64,000 bases of DNA. Source: Desulfatiglandales bacterium. Lineage in GTDB: Bacteria > Desulfobacterota > DSM-4660 > Desulfatiglandales > Desulfatiglandaceae. The notes beneath the pieces were generated by a model. It ran no database searches. It saw only the letters and a program-made list of their open reading frames with translations, and had not been told where the DNA came from. Positions within the stretch are counted from its first letter, which is position 1. Each line of letters begins with the position of its first letter. Of this stretch, positions 42,139 through 52,144 are shown piece by piece. The stretch spans positions 4,032,001-4,096,000 of the forward strand of contig OY759599.1 in assembly GCA_963662465.1 (NCBI GenBank). The letters are read 5' to 3'. Made by a program: the position numbers and the translations under genes.

Positions 42139-42250
42139 ATTTACGCCTTGTCTTTATAACGCATGGCATTAAGAGAGGTCGGCCTAATGGTTTCCCTCAG
42201 CTCTTGAAGCATGCGGGTTTTCCGGCCGCTGCAAGCGGTAAGGAGTCATA

Positions 42251-43078
42251 TTGATGTTTTGTTTTGGTCGTTTTTTTTGGTTTTCATGCCTTTTTGGGGT
42301 TATACCCGCTTTGATATTCTTCCCTTGCGGAGCCGGCTGTGAATCGGAGATGCCGCCCACGGCCCTACAAGTCAAGCAGAATGCCGAAGCATCCGTGAAA
42401 ATCCGTCGTATGAGTCAGAAACGCATCGATGCATGGGCGGATGAAGAAGAAAAAATGCGTTCAGAAATTTCGAGTCTTGAGAAAGATCTAGATACGCTCA
42501 AGTGGAGACGGCAAAAGACCGACACGTATCTCCTGGATCTGGAACAAAAAATGGCGGCTTTAAATGAAGGAAGCCGTGCGGCTAAAGAGATTCAGGATGA
42601 ATTGGAACCTTTTCTGGAAAAAACCCTTCAGGATCTGGAAGCGTTTTCCGAAAATGAATTGCCGTCCCTGAGGGAACTTCAAAGCCCCGGTCTTCAATCG
42701 GCCAAGGAAATGCAAAATGATGCGGATGCCGATATGGTCCGGAAAACCCGCGGCCTGCTGGAGGTTCTCATGCGGGCCGTGGAATACGGATATTTCGTGG
42801 AACCGGACCAGACCGATATCGGTATCGATGAAAAGACCATTCGCGTCAAACGCATCAGCGTAGGACGATTGGGGCTCTTTGCCCTGAGCGCCGACGGAGA
42901 TCAAGCCTGGAAATGGCAGACTGAGAAAGAGCAATATGAACCGATTCCCCATTTTGCCGGCGCCATTCGGGAAGCCATCCAGATTTGTGAACGAAGGCGT
43001 TTGGTGGAATTGGTGAAATTGCCCATGGGACCCCCTGTCAGCCCCCCCGTTAGCTCTGACAAGGAGGTGAAAAAGTGA
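42251..43078 (+). CDS. DUF3450-family periplasmic coiled-coil protein (copy 1)
   Basis: Coiled coil, 'EYG', 'VGRLGLFALSADG'; position in TonB operon. Confidence 0.8.
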   Translation: MMFCFGRFFWFSCLFGVIPALIFFPCGAGCESEMPPTALQVKQNAEASVKIRRMSQKRIDAWADEEEKMRSEISSLEKDLDTLKWRRQKTDTYLLDLEQKMAALNEGSRAAKEIQDELEPFLEKTLQDLEAFSENELPSLRELQSPGLQSAKEMQNDADADMVRKTRGLLEVLMRAVEYGYFVEPDQTDIGIDEKTIRVKRISVGRLGLFALSADGDQAWKWQTEKEQYEPIPHFAGAIREAIQICERRRLVELVKLPMGPPVSPPVSSDKEVKK

Positions 43079-44478
43079 GGGTTTTGCTCTGTCTGGTTTT
43101 TTTATTCACCTTCCCGCCATTGCTTTTTGCCCAATCGTCCTCATTCAGCCGGGTGGCCCAAGAGGTAGAGACGGATTTGAAAAAGGCGCAGGCGGAAGAA
43201 ACCCTCACCCTGGCCGATGTGGCCGAGAAACGCAAAGAACTCATGACCCGGCGGGATCGCCTGATATCTGATATCAAAAGGGAAAGCGAAGCCCTTGCAG
43301 CTGACGAACTGCGGCTTTCGGAAATGCGGAAAAAGCGGCTGGAACTGATCCGTATGGTTCAGACCCACGCGGGCCGCATGAAAGAGCTGGATGCGGCCAT
43401 ACGGGATTTTGCTCGTAATTTCTATGGTTTAGCTGAGCGTTCCGCCTATAGTGCTGAAACGCCCGACCGGTTGACGATTCTCAAGCATTTCCTGGATAAA
43501 AACAAAATTCTCGGGATTCAGGATATTCAAACCCTGGTGGCATTGGCTTTTAAGGATATGACGGCATCAGGGCAGATCATCCGGCGTGAAGGGGGAATGG
43601 TGGATCGTCGGGGAGAAACGGTCCAGGGGGCGATTATCCGCATGGGCAATCTTACCGCCATCTACCGGAGCGGGGGAGATGTGGGGTACCTCAGCCCGAG
43701 TCCCGCTTCAGGGAGGCTTTTGGTTTCCGCTCCCCCCGGATGGGGTGTTTGCCGGAATCTGAAACAGTATTTTGAAGGGGAAACCGATGACGTCTATATG
43801 GATATCTCGGGGGGCGCAGCCATCAAACAGATGGCGCGTAAAGCCACCTTATGGGAGCAGATTCAGAGCGGCGGCGTGTTGGTATGGCCTATCCTGCTGG
43901 TGGGGTTGGTGGCCGTCATTCTGGTGCTTGAACGGCTTATCTTCCTGGGTCGGGTGCGGCACAACACCGACAAACTCATGACCCATGTGACGGAGCTGGT
44001 GGAAGCGGGCGATTACCGGGGCGCCATGAAGGAAACCGAGTCCCTGTCCGGCATGCCCACCAGCAATGTTTTAAAGGCCGGGCTTACCCAGCAGGGTCAG
44101 CCCCGGGACATCATTGAAAGCAGTCTGGCCGAGGCCATCCTCAAGGAAACCCCGCGTCTGGAACGATTTCTGCCCGCCCTCAAGGTGCTGGCGGCCATTG
44201 CGCCCCTTCTGGGGTTGCTCGGGACCGTGACCGGCATGATCAACACCTTTCAGGTGATTACCGTTCATGGGACCGGCGACCCGCGCCTTATGGCCGGCGG
44301 GATCAGCGAAGCCCTCATCACCACCCAGCTGGGTCTGGCCGTGGCCATTCCCATACTGGTGATCGCGGCCCTCCTGGGACGAAAAGTGAACCGCATTGCC
44401 TCGGATATGGAGGAAAAAGCCATGGCCCTGATCGCGGCCCTTTTAAGAGATCAGAGGGTTTCCTATGAACTGTCTTGA
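43075..44478 (+). CDS. Large MotA/TolQ/ExbB protein (TtpC-like, copy 1)
   Basis: 'APLLGLLGTVTGMI', 'MAGGISEALITT' after long periplasmic domain. Confidence 0.88.
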   Translation: MRVLLCLVFLFTFPPLLFAQSSSFSRVAQEVETDLKKAQAEETLTLADVAEKRKELMTRRDRLISDIKRESEALAADELRLSEMRKKRLELIRMVQTHAGRMKELDAAIRDFARNFYGLAERSAYSAETPDRLTILKHFLDKNKILGIQDIQTLVALAFKDMTASGQIIRREGGMVDRRGETVQGAIIRMGNLTAIYRSGGDVGYLSPSPASGRLLVSAPPGWGVCRNLKQYFEGETDDVYMDISGGAAIKQMARKATLWEQIQSGGVLVWPILLVGLVAVILVLERLIFLGRVRHNTDKLMTHVTELVEAGDYRGAMKETESLSGMPTSNVLKAGLTQQGQPRDIIESSLAEAILKETPRLERFLPALKVLAAIAPLLGLLGTVTGMINTFQVITVHGTGDPRLMAGGISEALITTQLGLAVAIPILVIAALLGRKVNRIASDMEEKAMALIAALLRDQRVSYELS

Positions 44479-45079
44479 AACCATGTGGCGCTTTGTTCAA
44501 ACGGGTGGACCCATCATGATCCCATTGGTGCTGATTTCCATCTGGATGTGGTATTTGATTGTTCAAAAGCTGCTGTGGATATTCCGTATTCGCCGCTATC
44601 CCCTGAAAATATCCGAGGCCCTTAACGTCATGGCAGCCCCCCCCAAACAGTTGGGAGGGCATGACACTCCCAGGTCCGGGGCCCTCAACTATTTTCTGGG
44701 GCAGCGGCGTTTCAACCCGGAGCCCGATCGGATTATGTGGGAAGTGGCAGTCAAGCGCCAGCTTTTCCCCCTCAACCGGCACATGGCCGCCATTCTGGTG
44801 CTGGCCACGGTGGCGCCCCTTTTGGGATTGCTGGGGACGGTGACGGGTATGGTGGATACCTTCAGGGTGATTGGCGTTCAAGGGGCAAGCAATCCCCAGG
44901 CCCTTGCCTCGGGGATCAAGGAAGCCCTGATTACCACGCAGACCGGACTGCTGATCGCCATTCCCGGTCTTCTGGCCGGGCAGACCCTGCGTAAGATGAT
45001 CCGCAACATTCAGGGGGATCTCATGATATTTTACCGGGCCGTGGACCAATGGCTGGAAAGGAATACGCCCCATGTTTAG
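44465..45079 (+). CDS. exbB: ExbB (copy 1)
   Basis: 'APLLGLLGTVTGMV', 'GIKEALITT'. Confidence 0.88.
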   Translation: MNCLETMWRFVQTGGPIMIPLVLISIWMWYLIVQKLLWIFRIRRYPLKISEALNVMAAPPKQLGGHDTPRSGALNYFLGQRRFNPEPDRIMWEVAVKRQLFPLNRHMAAILVLATVAPLLGLLGTVTGMVDTFRVIGVQGASNPQALASGIKEALITTQTGLLIAIPGLLAGQTLRKMIRNIQGDLMIFYRAVDQWLERNTPHV

Positions 45080-45503
45080 AATCGGCAGCAGTCTTGGCGG
45101 CAACCGGGGGCTGGACGGCAGTGAAGACGCCGAACTCAACATGGCGCCCCTCATCGATATGATTTTTATCCTTTTGATTTTTTTCCTGGTCACCGCCACC
45201 TTTGTGAAGGAATCCGGGGTGGAGATCCAAAGGCCCGAAGCCGCATCGGCCCAGGACAAACCGGAGGCCGGACTTTTCATCGGCATCACCGAACAGGGGG
45301 AAATCTTCATTGACAAAACGCGGGTGGATTTAAGGAGCGTTCGCGGCATGGTGGAACATTTTTTGTTGGAAACCCCTTCGGGAGGCGTGATCCTTGAAGC
45401 CGACCGTTCCAGTCTCACGGGACGCCTCGTGGCGGTCCTGGATCAATGCCGAATGGCGGGGGCCGAAAATATCGCCGTATCCACCCTCAGGAGCGAACCG
45501 TGA
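45072..45503 (+). CDS. exbD: ExbD (copy 1)
   Basis: 'LNMAPLIDMIFILLIFFLVT'. Confidence 0.92.
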   Translation: MFRIGSSLGGNRGLDGSEDAELNMAPLIDMIFILLIFFLVTATFVKESGVEIQRPEAASAQDKPEAGLFIGITEQGEIFIDKTRVDLRSVRGMVEHFLLETPSGGVILEADRSSLTGRLVAVLDQCRMAGAENIAVSTLRSEP

Positions 45504-46330
45504 GAACAGGGCCGGCAATGGTTTTTTCCAGCCGGAAAAAGCACGGTTATGGCCTTTTGGCCTTCCTTCTGTCGCTTCTCATCAATGTCGTTATTTTCGC
45601 CATTGCCCCCATGCTCCTGGAACAGACCGGCGTGACGGACTTTTTGCCCCATGCCCTTCTGAATTTGAAAATGCCCCTGCGGTCGGAACAACCGGGATCT
45701 GAGTCAGAGCAAGACATTGAGATGAGGGATGAAAATCCCCAACCGGCACCCATGGAACCGGAATTGGAAATCGATTCACCGGACGTACCGGAGATGTTGC
45801 CCCCCGAACTTGAAATCCCCCCACTGACATCTCCCCAGGATTCTTTTGATGAGCCTGCCCCTGAAATATCCCGGTTGGAAATTCCCCTCAAGACCGTGTC
45901 CATGAAATCCGTACCCGTGGCCTTGTCCGCGCCCGCTGCCGCCCCGGCATCCTCACCCCCCCCGGCATCCGCGCCACAACCGGCTGCGCGGTCAAACCCG
46001 CAACCCGTCAAGGAACATAAAAAAAACGGCGGTTATTCCCTGGGCCAGGTGGATGCGGCGCCGAGGGCCATGTATCAGGCGCTCCCTCGCTATCCGCGCC
46101 GCGCCAGACAACGAAACATCGAGGGATGGGTGAAAGTCCGTTTTCTGGTGGATAAAGAGGGGCGGGTTCGGAACCTTCGAATACTGGAAGAATCCCCGCC
46201 GGACGTTTTTCATGAAACCGTCATGGAAACAGCGCCCCGGTGGCGCTTTCGCCCGGCCACAAAGGAAGGACGTCCCGTGAACGTCTGGGTGGAACAAACC
46301 ATTAATTTCAGGATGGACGACGCATGGTAA
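45500..46330 (+). CDS. tonB: TonB (copy 1)
   Basis: TM anchor, Pro-rich linker, 'PRYPRRAR..IEGWVKVRFLVD', 'WRFRPA'. Confidence 0.9.
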   Translation: MRTGPAMVFSSRKKHGYGLLAFLLSLLINVVIFAIAPMLLEQTGVTDFLPHALLNLKMPLRSEQPGSESEQDIEMRDENPQPAPMEPELEIDSPDVPEMLPPELEIPPLTSPQDSFDEPAPEISRLEIPLKTVSMKSVPVALSAPAAAPASSPPPASAPQPAARSNPQPVKEHKKNGGYSLGQVDAAPRAMYQALPRYPRRARQRNIEGWVKVRFLVDKEGRVRNLRILEESPPDVFHETVMETAPRWRFRPATKEGRPVNVWVEQTINFRMDDAW

Positions 46331-47937
46331 ACCGGAAACGCACCTTTCTGATTGTCTTTATGCTGGTGTTTCCATGGGGCGGCAGCCTTTTCGGCGGACA
46401 ATGCCCCCAGGAGATGCCCCCCATGAACCCGGACCTTCACAAGTGCATGGTCCAGGCTGAAAAACTGATGGACCGGGGCCGGAACACGGAAGCCCTGACC
46501 CTGTTGGATTGTTATGCTCGGGAAAACCCTTCTGAAAAACATCCTCATCCGGTTTTTGTCAGGGGGCTTTTGAATTACCGGCTCAAACGGCTGAAAAAAG
46601 CAGAGGCCCTTTTCAAAACCGCCGTAGACCGTAACCCTTGCTTCGTCGAAGCCTGGCAAAACCTGGCGGTGGTGTATCATGACCAAAAACGACCGGCCCG
46701 GGCCGCAAAATCAATGGAACGGGTGCTGGCCCTGTCAAAGGATGAACAGCCGAGTTTGAAATACCAGGCCGCCCTGTGCTGGCTGGCGGCGGACAAACCC
46801 GGAAAAGCCCTTCCCCTGCTTCAGGCCTTATCCCGAAAGAAACCGCCTCGTCCTGAATGGTTGACCCGCCTGGCGGAAGCCCAAAAAGCCCTTGGGCAGC
46901 CGAAAAACGCTGCCATGACCCTTGAAAAAGCCTACCGCAACGACCATGATCCTGAACGCCTTTACCAGGCGGCCCTGCTTGATTTGAAGGCGAAAGCGCC
47001 GGATAAAGCCCTGCCTTCTTTGAAGAAACTGGCGGCAAGCCCCCACCCTGACGCTAAATGGATCATTCTTCTAGCGCTGACCTTAGACCAGCTGGACCAC
47101 TGTTCCGAGGCCATGGAGATCATGGAAAGAACAGAGGTTAACGCCCCGTCCCTGCCGGCTGAAATGCGCTTTCAGGTGGGGATCTTCTGGTTGAAGCATG
47201 AGCGTCCCAAACAGGCCCTGCCCTGGCTTGAAGCCGTTTTTAAGGATCCCAATCCCCCTGAAGGCGCCCGCCGGGCTTATATCCGGGCACTGGTCTTGGC
47301 CGGAAAACCCCATCAGGCCGACCCCTTGCTTAGCGCCCTGTTAAAAAAAGATCCGGAGGACCATGGCATCTGGCGTCTTGCCGCATGGATTTATATGGAA
47401 CAGAAGGATTATCCCCGTGCGGCCGCCGCCCTCCACGTGGCCTATCGTCTTAATCCTCCGAACCCCGGCGAGTGGAAACGCCTGGGAGACCTGTATCGGC
47501 TTTCCGGCGTTCCCATGAAGGCCGTCGACGCTTACGAAAAAGCCTTTGGTCCATCGCCGGGAGCAAGGGACCTGGATTTGCTGGCTGAAACCTATATCGC
47601 AGCGAACCGGATGGAAAAGGCCCTTGCCGCGGCAGAGCGTGCCGTACGTTTGAAACCCACGGCGAAACGCTGGGCCAGACTGGGAGACCTCTGCCTGAAA
47701 TGCAGGGAGTGCCGCAAGGCAAAATCCGCCTTTCAACAGGCAGCGAGAATTGACGACAGGGGTGGGCTAATGAGCTTAAAGGAAGGATACGCCGCCTGGC
47801 AGATGCAGGAAATGTCATGTGCGAAAAATGCCTTTCAGAAGGCGCTTCAGCACGCGGAACCGAAAAGCGACACGGCTCTGAAAGCGTCCCATGCACTGGC
47901 GGCTATCCGGAAAATCACGGATGCGGCAAAAAATTGA
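46324..47937 (+). CDS. Exported TPR protein (copy 1)
   Basis: Signal peptide, repeated helical TPR units. Confidence 0.85.
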   Translation: MVNRKRTFLIVFMLVFPWGGSLFGGQCPQEMPPMNPDLHKCMVQAEKLMDRGRNTEALTLLDCYARENPSEKHPHPVFVRGLLNYRLKRLKKAEALFKTAVDRNPCFVEAWQNLAVVYHDQKRPARAAKSMERVLALSKDEQPSLKYQAALCWLAADKPGKALPLLQALSRKKPPRPEWLTRLAEAQKALGQPKNAAMTLEKAYRNDHDPERLYQAALLDLKAKAPDKALPSLKKLAASPHPDAKWIILLALTLDQLDHCSEAMEIMERTEVNAPSLPAEMRFQVGIFWLKHERPKQALPWLEAVFKDPNPPEGARRAYIRALVLAGKPHQADPLLSALLKKDPEDHGIWRLAAWIYMEQKDYPRAAAALHVAYRLNPPNPGEWKRLGDLYRLSGVPMKAVDAYEKAFGPSPGARDLDLLAETYIAANRMEKALAAAERAVRLKPTAKRWARLGDLCLKCRECRKAKSAFQQAARIDDRGGLMSLKEGYAAWQMQEMSCAKNAFQKALQHAEPKSDTALKASHALAAIRKITDAAKN

Positions 47938-47952
47938 AATCGGAGGTGTTTC

Positions 47953-48066
47953 GTTCAGTGGCCAAAGCCATCAGCTTATAGTATCGGCAGTATCCTTGCC
48001 GGTATCCCGGTGTATTATGCCTGGTCCTTCTACGTTCGCCACTTCGCAAGGCCTGCTCGATTATAA
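47953..48066 (+). pseudogene. C-terminal remnant of an APC-family permease
   Basis: 'QWPKPSAYSIGSILAGIPVYYAW...' last-TM motif, at the position the permease occupies in copy 2. Confidence 0.65.
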
Positions 48067-48297
48067 TTCATCGCCGGCAACCGGAGTACGTGCAGGTACA
48101 TTGGACAGAATTTGATGAATTTTTTCAAAGTCAGTTCTGGCAGCGCGTGCGTTAATGTATTCTTCTGTCAGGAGTGCTGAAATTTTTTCAGATACTGCTG
48201 AGGAAATGAACTGATTGATCGACACACCTTCCTGCTTCGCAATCTCGCGAATGTGTCTATGGATTGACTCCGGCAATCTCAAACTTAAAGCGCCCAT
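48061..48297 (-). CDS. RHH/HicB-like antitoxin
   Basis: 'LSLRLPESIH...AKQEGVSINQFI'. Confidence 0.85.
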   Translation of the reverse strand: MGALSLRLPESIHRHIREIAKQEGVSINQFISSAVSEKISALLTEEYINARAARTDFEKIHQILSNVPARTPVAGDEL

Positions 48298-48713
48298 TTG
48301 ATTTCCTCCAATAGTGTTTTGGGAGAGAGGATTTCCACCCCAAAATCTTTAACTCCTTTGAAATCTTTCCTGTTAAAAGTTGTGATGCTTTTTACACCAG
48401 ACGCCACCGCCAACTCGAGAACGTGATCATCTTTAGGATCAGGGAGAAACGGTCGCCACAAATAGTGGATTTTGTGCAGCGAACACAAAGCGCAAAAAGC
48501 GTCCAGCAGAGTCTCAATTTCTACATCGGTTAAACCCAATTTTTTGCTGTTTCGTTTCAGAACGTCCTCATATTCAAAAAGCAGGGCCACAGACATTACA
48601 GGCTTGACGCGTTTTTTCATGATGGCCTTGATAACCTGGAACGATGCACCAGTACTGGAATAAAGTCCTGCGTAAAGTATGTTCGTATTGATTACGGTGC
48701 GAATACCAACCAC
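48285..48713 (-). CDS. PIN-family toxin
   Basis: 'VINTNIL', 'EYEDV', 'DPKDDHVLELA', 'TFNRKDF'; first conserved Asp appears as Asn. Confidence 0.85.
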   Translation of the reverse strand: MVGIRTVINTNILYAGLYSSTGASFQVIKAIMKKRVKPVMSVALLFEYEDVLKRNSKKLGLTDVEIETLLDAFCALCSLHKIHYLWRPFLPDPKDDHVLELAVASGVKSITTFNRKDFKGVKDFGVEILSPKTLLEEIKWAL

Positions 48714-48856
48714 CTCCCAAAAAATATCATAATACTATATGTGGTATCATTGTAGTCGTCAAACAAATAATATGCATGGGGAAACTGTCCGAGAATAGAA
48801 AACTTAGCAATTTTAACATAGGGGTTAGCGTTGTGTAGTTGCTGATTTTAACCACT

Positions 48857-49570
48857 TCAATAAACATGGGGGTGTTTTAACGCCTGATGTTTATGGAAAT
48901 GGCTGTGCAGCGTTCCGGCCGCGCCGTTATAGGCAATTTTTCCGGCCGTCATAGTGTAGATTTTCCGGGTGGTTTCCTCCAGAAAATCGTATTCGTGAGA
49001 GACGATGACATAGCTGATGTCGAGACGGTTCAGGAGAGAGGCGATGGTGCTCCGGGCCTCTTCATCCAGGCCGGTGGTGGGTTCGTCCAGCAGGAGCGCT
49101 TTCGGCTGCATGACCAATACCGTTGCCAGGGAGACGAGCTTTTTTTCGCCTCCCGAAAGCCTGTGGGTAACGCGGTTTTCAAATCCTTTCAGTTTCAGCA
49201 TTTCAAGGGTTTCCATGGCCATGGAACGGGCCTCTTTGGGTGTTTTCCCCAGGTTGAGTGGGCCGAAAGCCACATCTTCCAGTACGGTGGGACAAAAAAG
49301 CTGATCATCCGCGTTCTGAAAAAGAAAACCGATGACGCGTCTGACCGTCAGAAAATCTTTTTTGCTTTCGACTGTTTTTCCCAAAACCCGGATACTTCCG
49401 GATGAGGGTTTGAGAAGCCCCATGATGATATGCAGCAGCGTGGTTTTGCCGCTGCCGTTATATCCGATCAATCCTACCTTTTCTTCTTCGGGAAGGGAGA
49501 ACTTCAGATTGTTCAGTACCGGCTTGTCTTTTTCATGGGAAAAGCAGAGGTTATCCAGTTCGAGAATCAT
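48857..49570 (-). CDS. cbiO: ECF Co/Ni transporter ATPase
   Basis: 'GYNGSGKTT', 'FQNADDQLF', 'LSGGEKK'; His-rich tail. Confidence 0.9.
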   Translation of the reverse strand: MILELDNLCFSHEKDKPVLNNLKFSLPEEEKVGLIGYNGSGKTTLLHIIMGLLKPSSGSIRVLGKTVESKKDFLTVRRVIGFLFQNADDQLFCPTVLEDVAFGPLNLGKTPKEARSMAMETLEMLKLKGFENRVTHRLSGGEKKLVSLATVLVMQPKALLLDEPTTGLDEEARSTIASLLNRLDISYVIVSHEYDFLEETTRKIYTMTAGKIAYNGAAGTLHSHFHKHQALKHPHVY

Positions 49571-50325
49571 TATGCGTGTACCCATTCAAGGATTAGTATG
49601 CCCAATAGGGTTGTGATGGTGCAGAACAGCCAGATCAAGTCCCGCCGCGATCGGGAAAATTCGGAAAGGGAATGGAATTTCCCGTTGAACCCGCGGCAAA
49701 GCATGGCCATGTAGACCCGCTCGGCCCGCTCCGAGGCCCGCACGAAAAGCATCCCCACGAGATAGGCGAATGTCCTGTAGGTGTGCAGCCGAGTGGACGG
49801 TTGAAACCCGCGGACCGCTGCTGATCGGACCAGCCGGTGATATTCCTCTTCCATAACGAAGATATACCGGTAATTCAGCAGCAGGAGATGCACCATTTTT
49901 TGTGGAACACCCAGCCTGCCGAGAGCTGCCCCCAGGCTTGCAACGGAACTGGTGGCGATGAGCGCAATAAAAGCCAGCAGTATGGCATTGCTTTTGAGCG
50001 TGATTCGGGCCGCAATCAAAACCCCCTCATGGGTTGCCGTGAAGGGTCCCAGGGAAAAAATGGGTTGGCCGGGGTAGGTAAAGGGGATCACAAACCAGAA
50101 GAAGAGAACAAAACCGTTTACTATCGCAACCCGTTTGCCCACTTCCCACAGGGGCAAGCGGGAGGTGCCCAGGAGAACAAAGGAAAAGGCGAGACTCAGA
50201 AAAAGAGGGGGAAATCGGTTTGAAAGGGCCACGACAAAGGCATAGAGCGTCGCCATGACAATCTTGAACCGGGGGTCGAGGTCGTGGATGGGGCTGGCGC
50301 CGTGCGCAAAGGGTTCCTGTAACAT
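49570..50325 (-). CDS. cbiQ: ECF Co/Ni transporter T component
   Basis: 'LDPRFK', 'YRYIFV', 'VRGF', 'AMLCRGF'. Confidence 0.9.
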   Translation of the reverse strand: MLQEPFAHGASPIHDLDPRFKIVMATLYAFVVALSNRFPPLFLSLAFSFVLLGTSRLPLWEVGKRVAIVNGFVLFFWFVIPFTYPGQPIFSLGPFTATHEGVLIAARITLKSNAILLAFIALIATSSVASLGAALGRLGVPQKMVHLLLLNYRYIFVMEEEYHRLVRSAAVRGFQPSTRLHTYRTFAYLVGMLFVRASERAERVYMAMLCRGFNGKFHSLSEFSRSRRDLIWLFCTITTLLGILILEWVHA

Positions 50326-50332
50326 AAATCCA

Positions 50333-50726
50333 TCAGCCTTTCTTGCGTGCGTCTATTTCACGGATTTTGCGGCGAAAGTGGATATAGGAGGCCAGGCCCA
50401 ATAAACCCAAAATATAGCCGATGCCGCCCAGAATATCGTGGAGGGTGGGCGCTTTGTCCTGGGATTCCGCAAACATTTTGAGTACCGGTCCGAGCCTTCG
50501 CTCCAGGGATTGGTCCAGAACGTCGCGCATTTGGTTCAGGTTGACGGAGGATGCTTCCATTGAATTTGCTTTCCGTGTGAACGGTATCGCCTTCCACCCA
50601 TGCGAATATGTTTACCCTGTGGGCCATTGCGGAACCGGACCACAGCAGGCAAAACATGAAAAGACATGCCGATCCAAAAGTAATTTGCCGGCATTGAATA
50701 GCATCAAAACTCAAAAATGTTTTCAT
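50333..50726 (-). pseudogene. CbiL/NikL-like protein with internal deletion and frameshift near 50560
   Basis: N-half 'AHRVNIFAWVEGDTVHTESKF' and C-half '...DILGGIGYILGLLG' are in different frames with the middle missing. Confidence 0.75.
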
Positions 50727-50736
50727 GATCTCCTTT

Positions 50737-51342
50737 TCACGAAATATTCCCGGACAGCATTTCAGGTTGAACTTTTTTCAAAAATGCCACACAGAAAGCG
50801 GTGATGATCCCTTCGATGATCATCACGGGAAGGTGCGCCGTCACCACCAGATAGGAGACTTTTAAAAAATTTTCCTCGGTGAAGGTCAGGGCCAAACCCA
50901 CCATGACGGCGCCCAAAAAGACGGAAAGCGATCCGCACAAAAAAGCCGCCGGCAAGGCAATGCGAGGCCCCTTTCCCACGAGCTTACCGAATAGATAATA
51001 ACATAAAACGGCGGGCAGGGCCATGATCAGGGTGTTGACCCCGAGGGTCGTGATACCGCCGAACTGAAAAAAAACGGCCTGGAGCGCCAACGCCACAAGG
51101 ATGACGGGAAAAGCCCCCCAGCCGAGAATAAGGCCCACAATCCCGTTCAGAATCAGATGAACACTGGAGGGACCGATGGGAACGTGAATCAGGGAGGCTA
51201 CAAAAAATGATGCGGAAAGAATCGCGGCACGCGGGATGCGGTCGTAATTCAGTTTCTTAAGCCCTATGGCAGTGCCGGCAGCGGCCAGCACAATGCCCGA
51301 AATAATCACCGGCCCGGACAGGACGCCTTCGGAAATATGCAT
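50737..51342 (-). CDS. cbiM: ECF Co/Ni transporter S component
   Basis: Diagnostic N-terminus 'MHISEGVL'; 'SVHLILNG', 'GGITTLGVN'. Confidence 0.92.
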   Translation of the reverse strand: MHISEGVLSGPVIISGIVLAAAGTAIGLKKLNYDRIPRAAILSASFFVASLIHVPIGPSSVHLILNGIVGLILGWGAFPVILVALALQAVFFQFGGITTLGVNTLIMALPAVLCYYLFGKLVGKGPRIALPAAFLCGSLSVFLGAVMVGLALTFTEENFLKVSYLVVTAHLPVMIIEGIITAFCVAFLKKVQPEMLSGNIS

Positions 51343-51402
51343 GATATGCCTTTCATAATTAGAGAGAAGCAAAGCTGTTTGATCAAAACCAAGACCGTTA
51401 TG

Positions 51403-51618
51403 CTATTTTTCTTTCCAATCAAGGAATTTTACCCAGAGGACCGCTCCCAGTTCCACGATTCCCTGAAAAACGTTTCCGGCATAGAGACCGAACGGCTTTG
51501 ACAGGGGAACGATCTCGGTTTTGAGTCCGATTTCCCGGTCCCAGCCTTCATCATCCCCAAAAGCCGCGACAACGGTTTTCGTATAGTGAACGATGAAACA
51601 GTCTTCCGCCGGTTCCCA
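51403..51618 (-). pseudogene. Remnant of a DUF4198 (NikM-domain) periplasmic Co/Ni protein
   Basis: Startless frame '[27 protein letters not shown]...[31 protein letters not shown]'. Confidence 0.75.
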
Positions 51619-51720
51619 TTATGATCATTTGCGGCCGCTCTCGAAGCGACCGTTTTGTTTTGAACCGATCCGATCGGTTCGTCTCTCAGTTCGCATGCGC
51701 ATGCCTTGCTGAAAACAGCC

Positions 51721-51776
51721 AAAAAAAAGCCAAAAAGACAGTTTCGGGTACACCCCCGATCCAGCCTTCTTGGCTT
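51721..51776 (-). terminator. Leader terminator/attenuator-like hairpin of the cbi transcript
   Basis: AGCCAAGAAGGC...GTCTTTTTGGCT followed by T-run on minus strand. Confidence 0.65.
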
Positions 51777-51807
51777 TTTTGGTTTTTGCTTCAGATTTAT
51801 TTCAGAT

Positions 51808-51869
51808 GTGCAATTTCGTATTGCACGTGCTATCGAGTGCTGAATAAACTCTTATTGCCGGGTTGTCAA
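51808..51869 (-). promoter_or_regulatory. Leftward promoter with 19-bp palindrome
   Basis: TTGACA-17-TATTCA, then GTGCAATACGAAATTGCAC. Confidence 0.6.
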
Positions 51870-52033
51870 GATATTTTCCTAGGGAAGGAATGCACCACCA
51901 CCCAAGATGATTTTCGTTAAACCTCTGGCAGAGAATTTAGTACACTTTTGTGTTCAGATCAACTGAAAGGGAAGGTGGAATGATGCGCAATCAAAAGGAT
52001 GCGTGCTTCAGCACCGGCGCTTTGATCTTTTGC

Positions 52034-52096
52034 TTGACAGAAAAACCGGTACTTGTTATAGGACCCGAATTCCTACGGCGCAAAACGAAATTGCGC
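52034..52096 (+). promoter_or_regulatory. Rightward promoter with 19-bp palindrome
   Basis: TTGACA-17-TATAGG with TG extension, then GCGCAAAACGAAATTGCGC. Confidence 0.65.
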
Positions 52097-52144
52097 GCAT
52101 GATTCAAAGCGTAAAGACTGACACAATTTAGGTTTTAACAAAAC

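Noticed and set aside
51373..51720. Cobalamin riboswitch upstream of cbiM
   Set aside because: No B12-box recognised; most of the interval is a DUF4198 coding remnant
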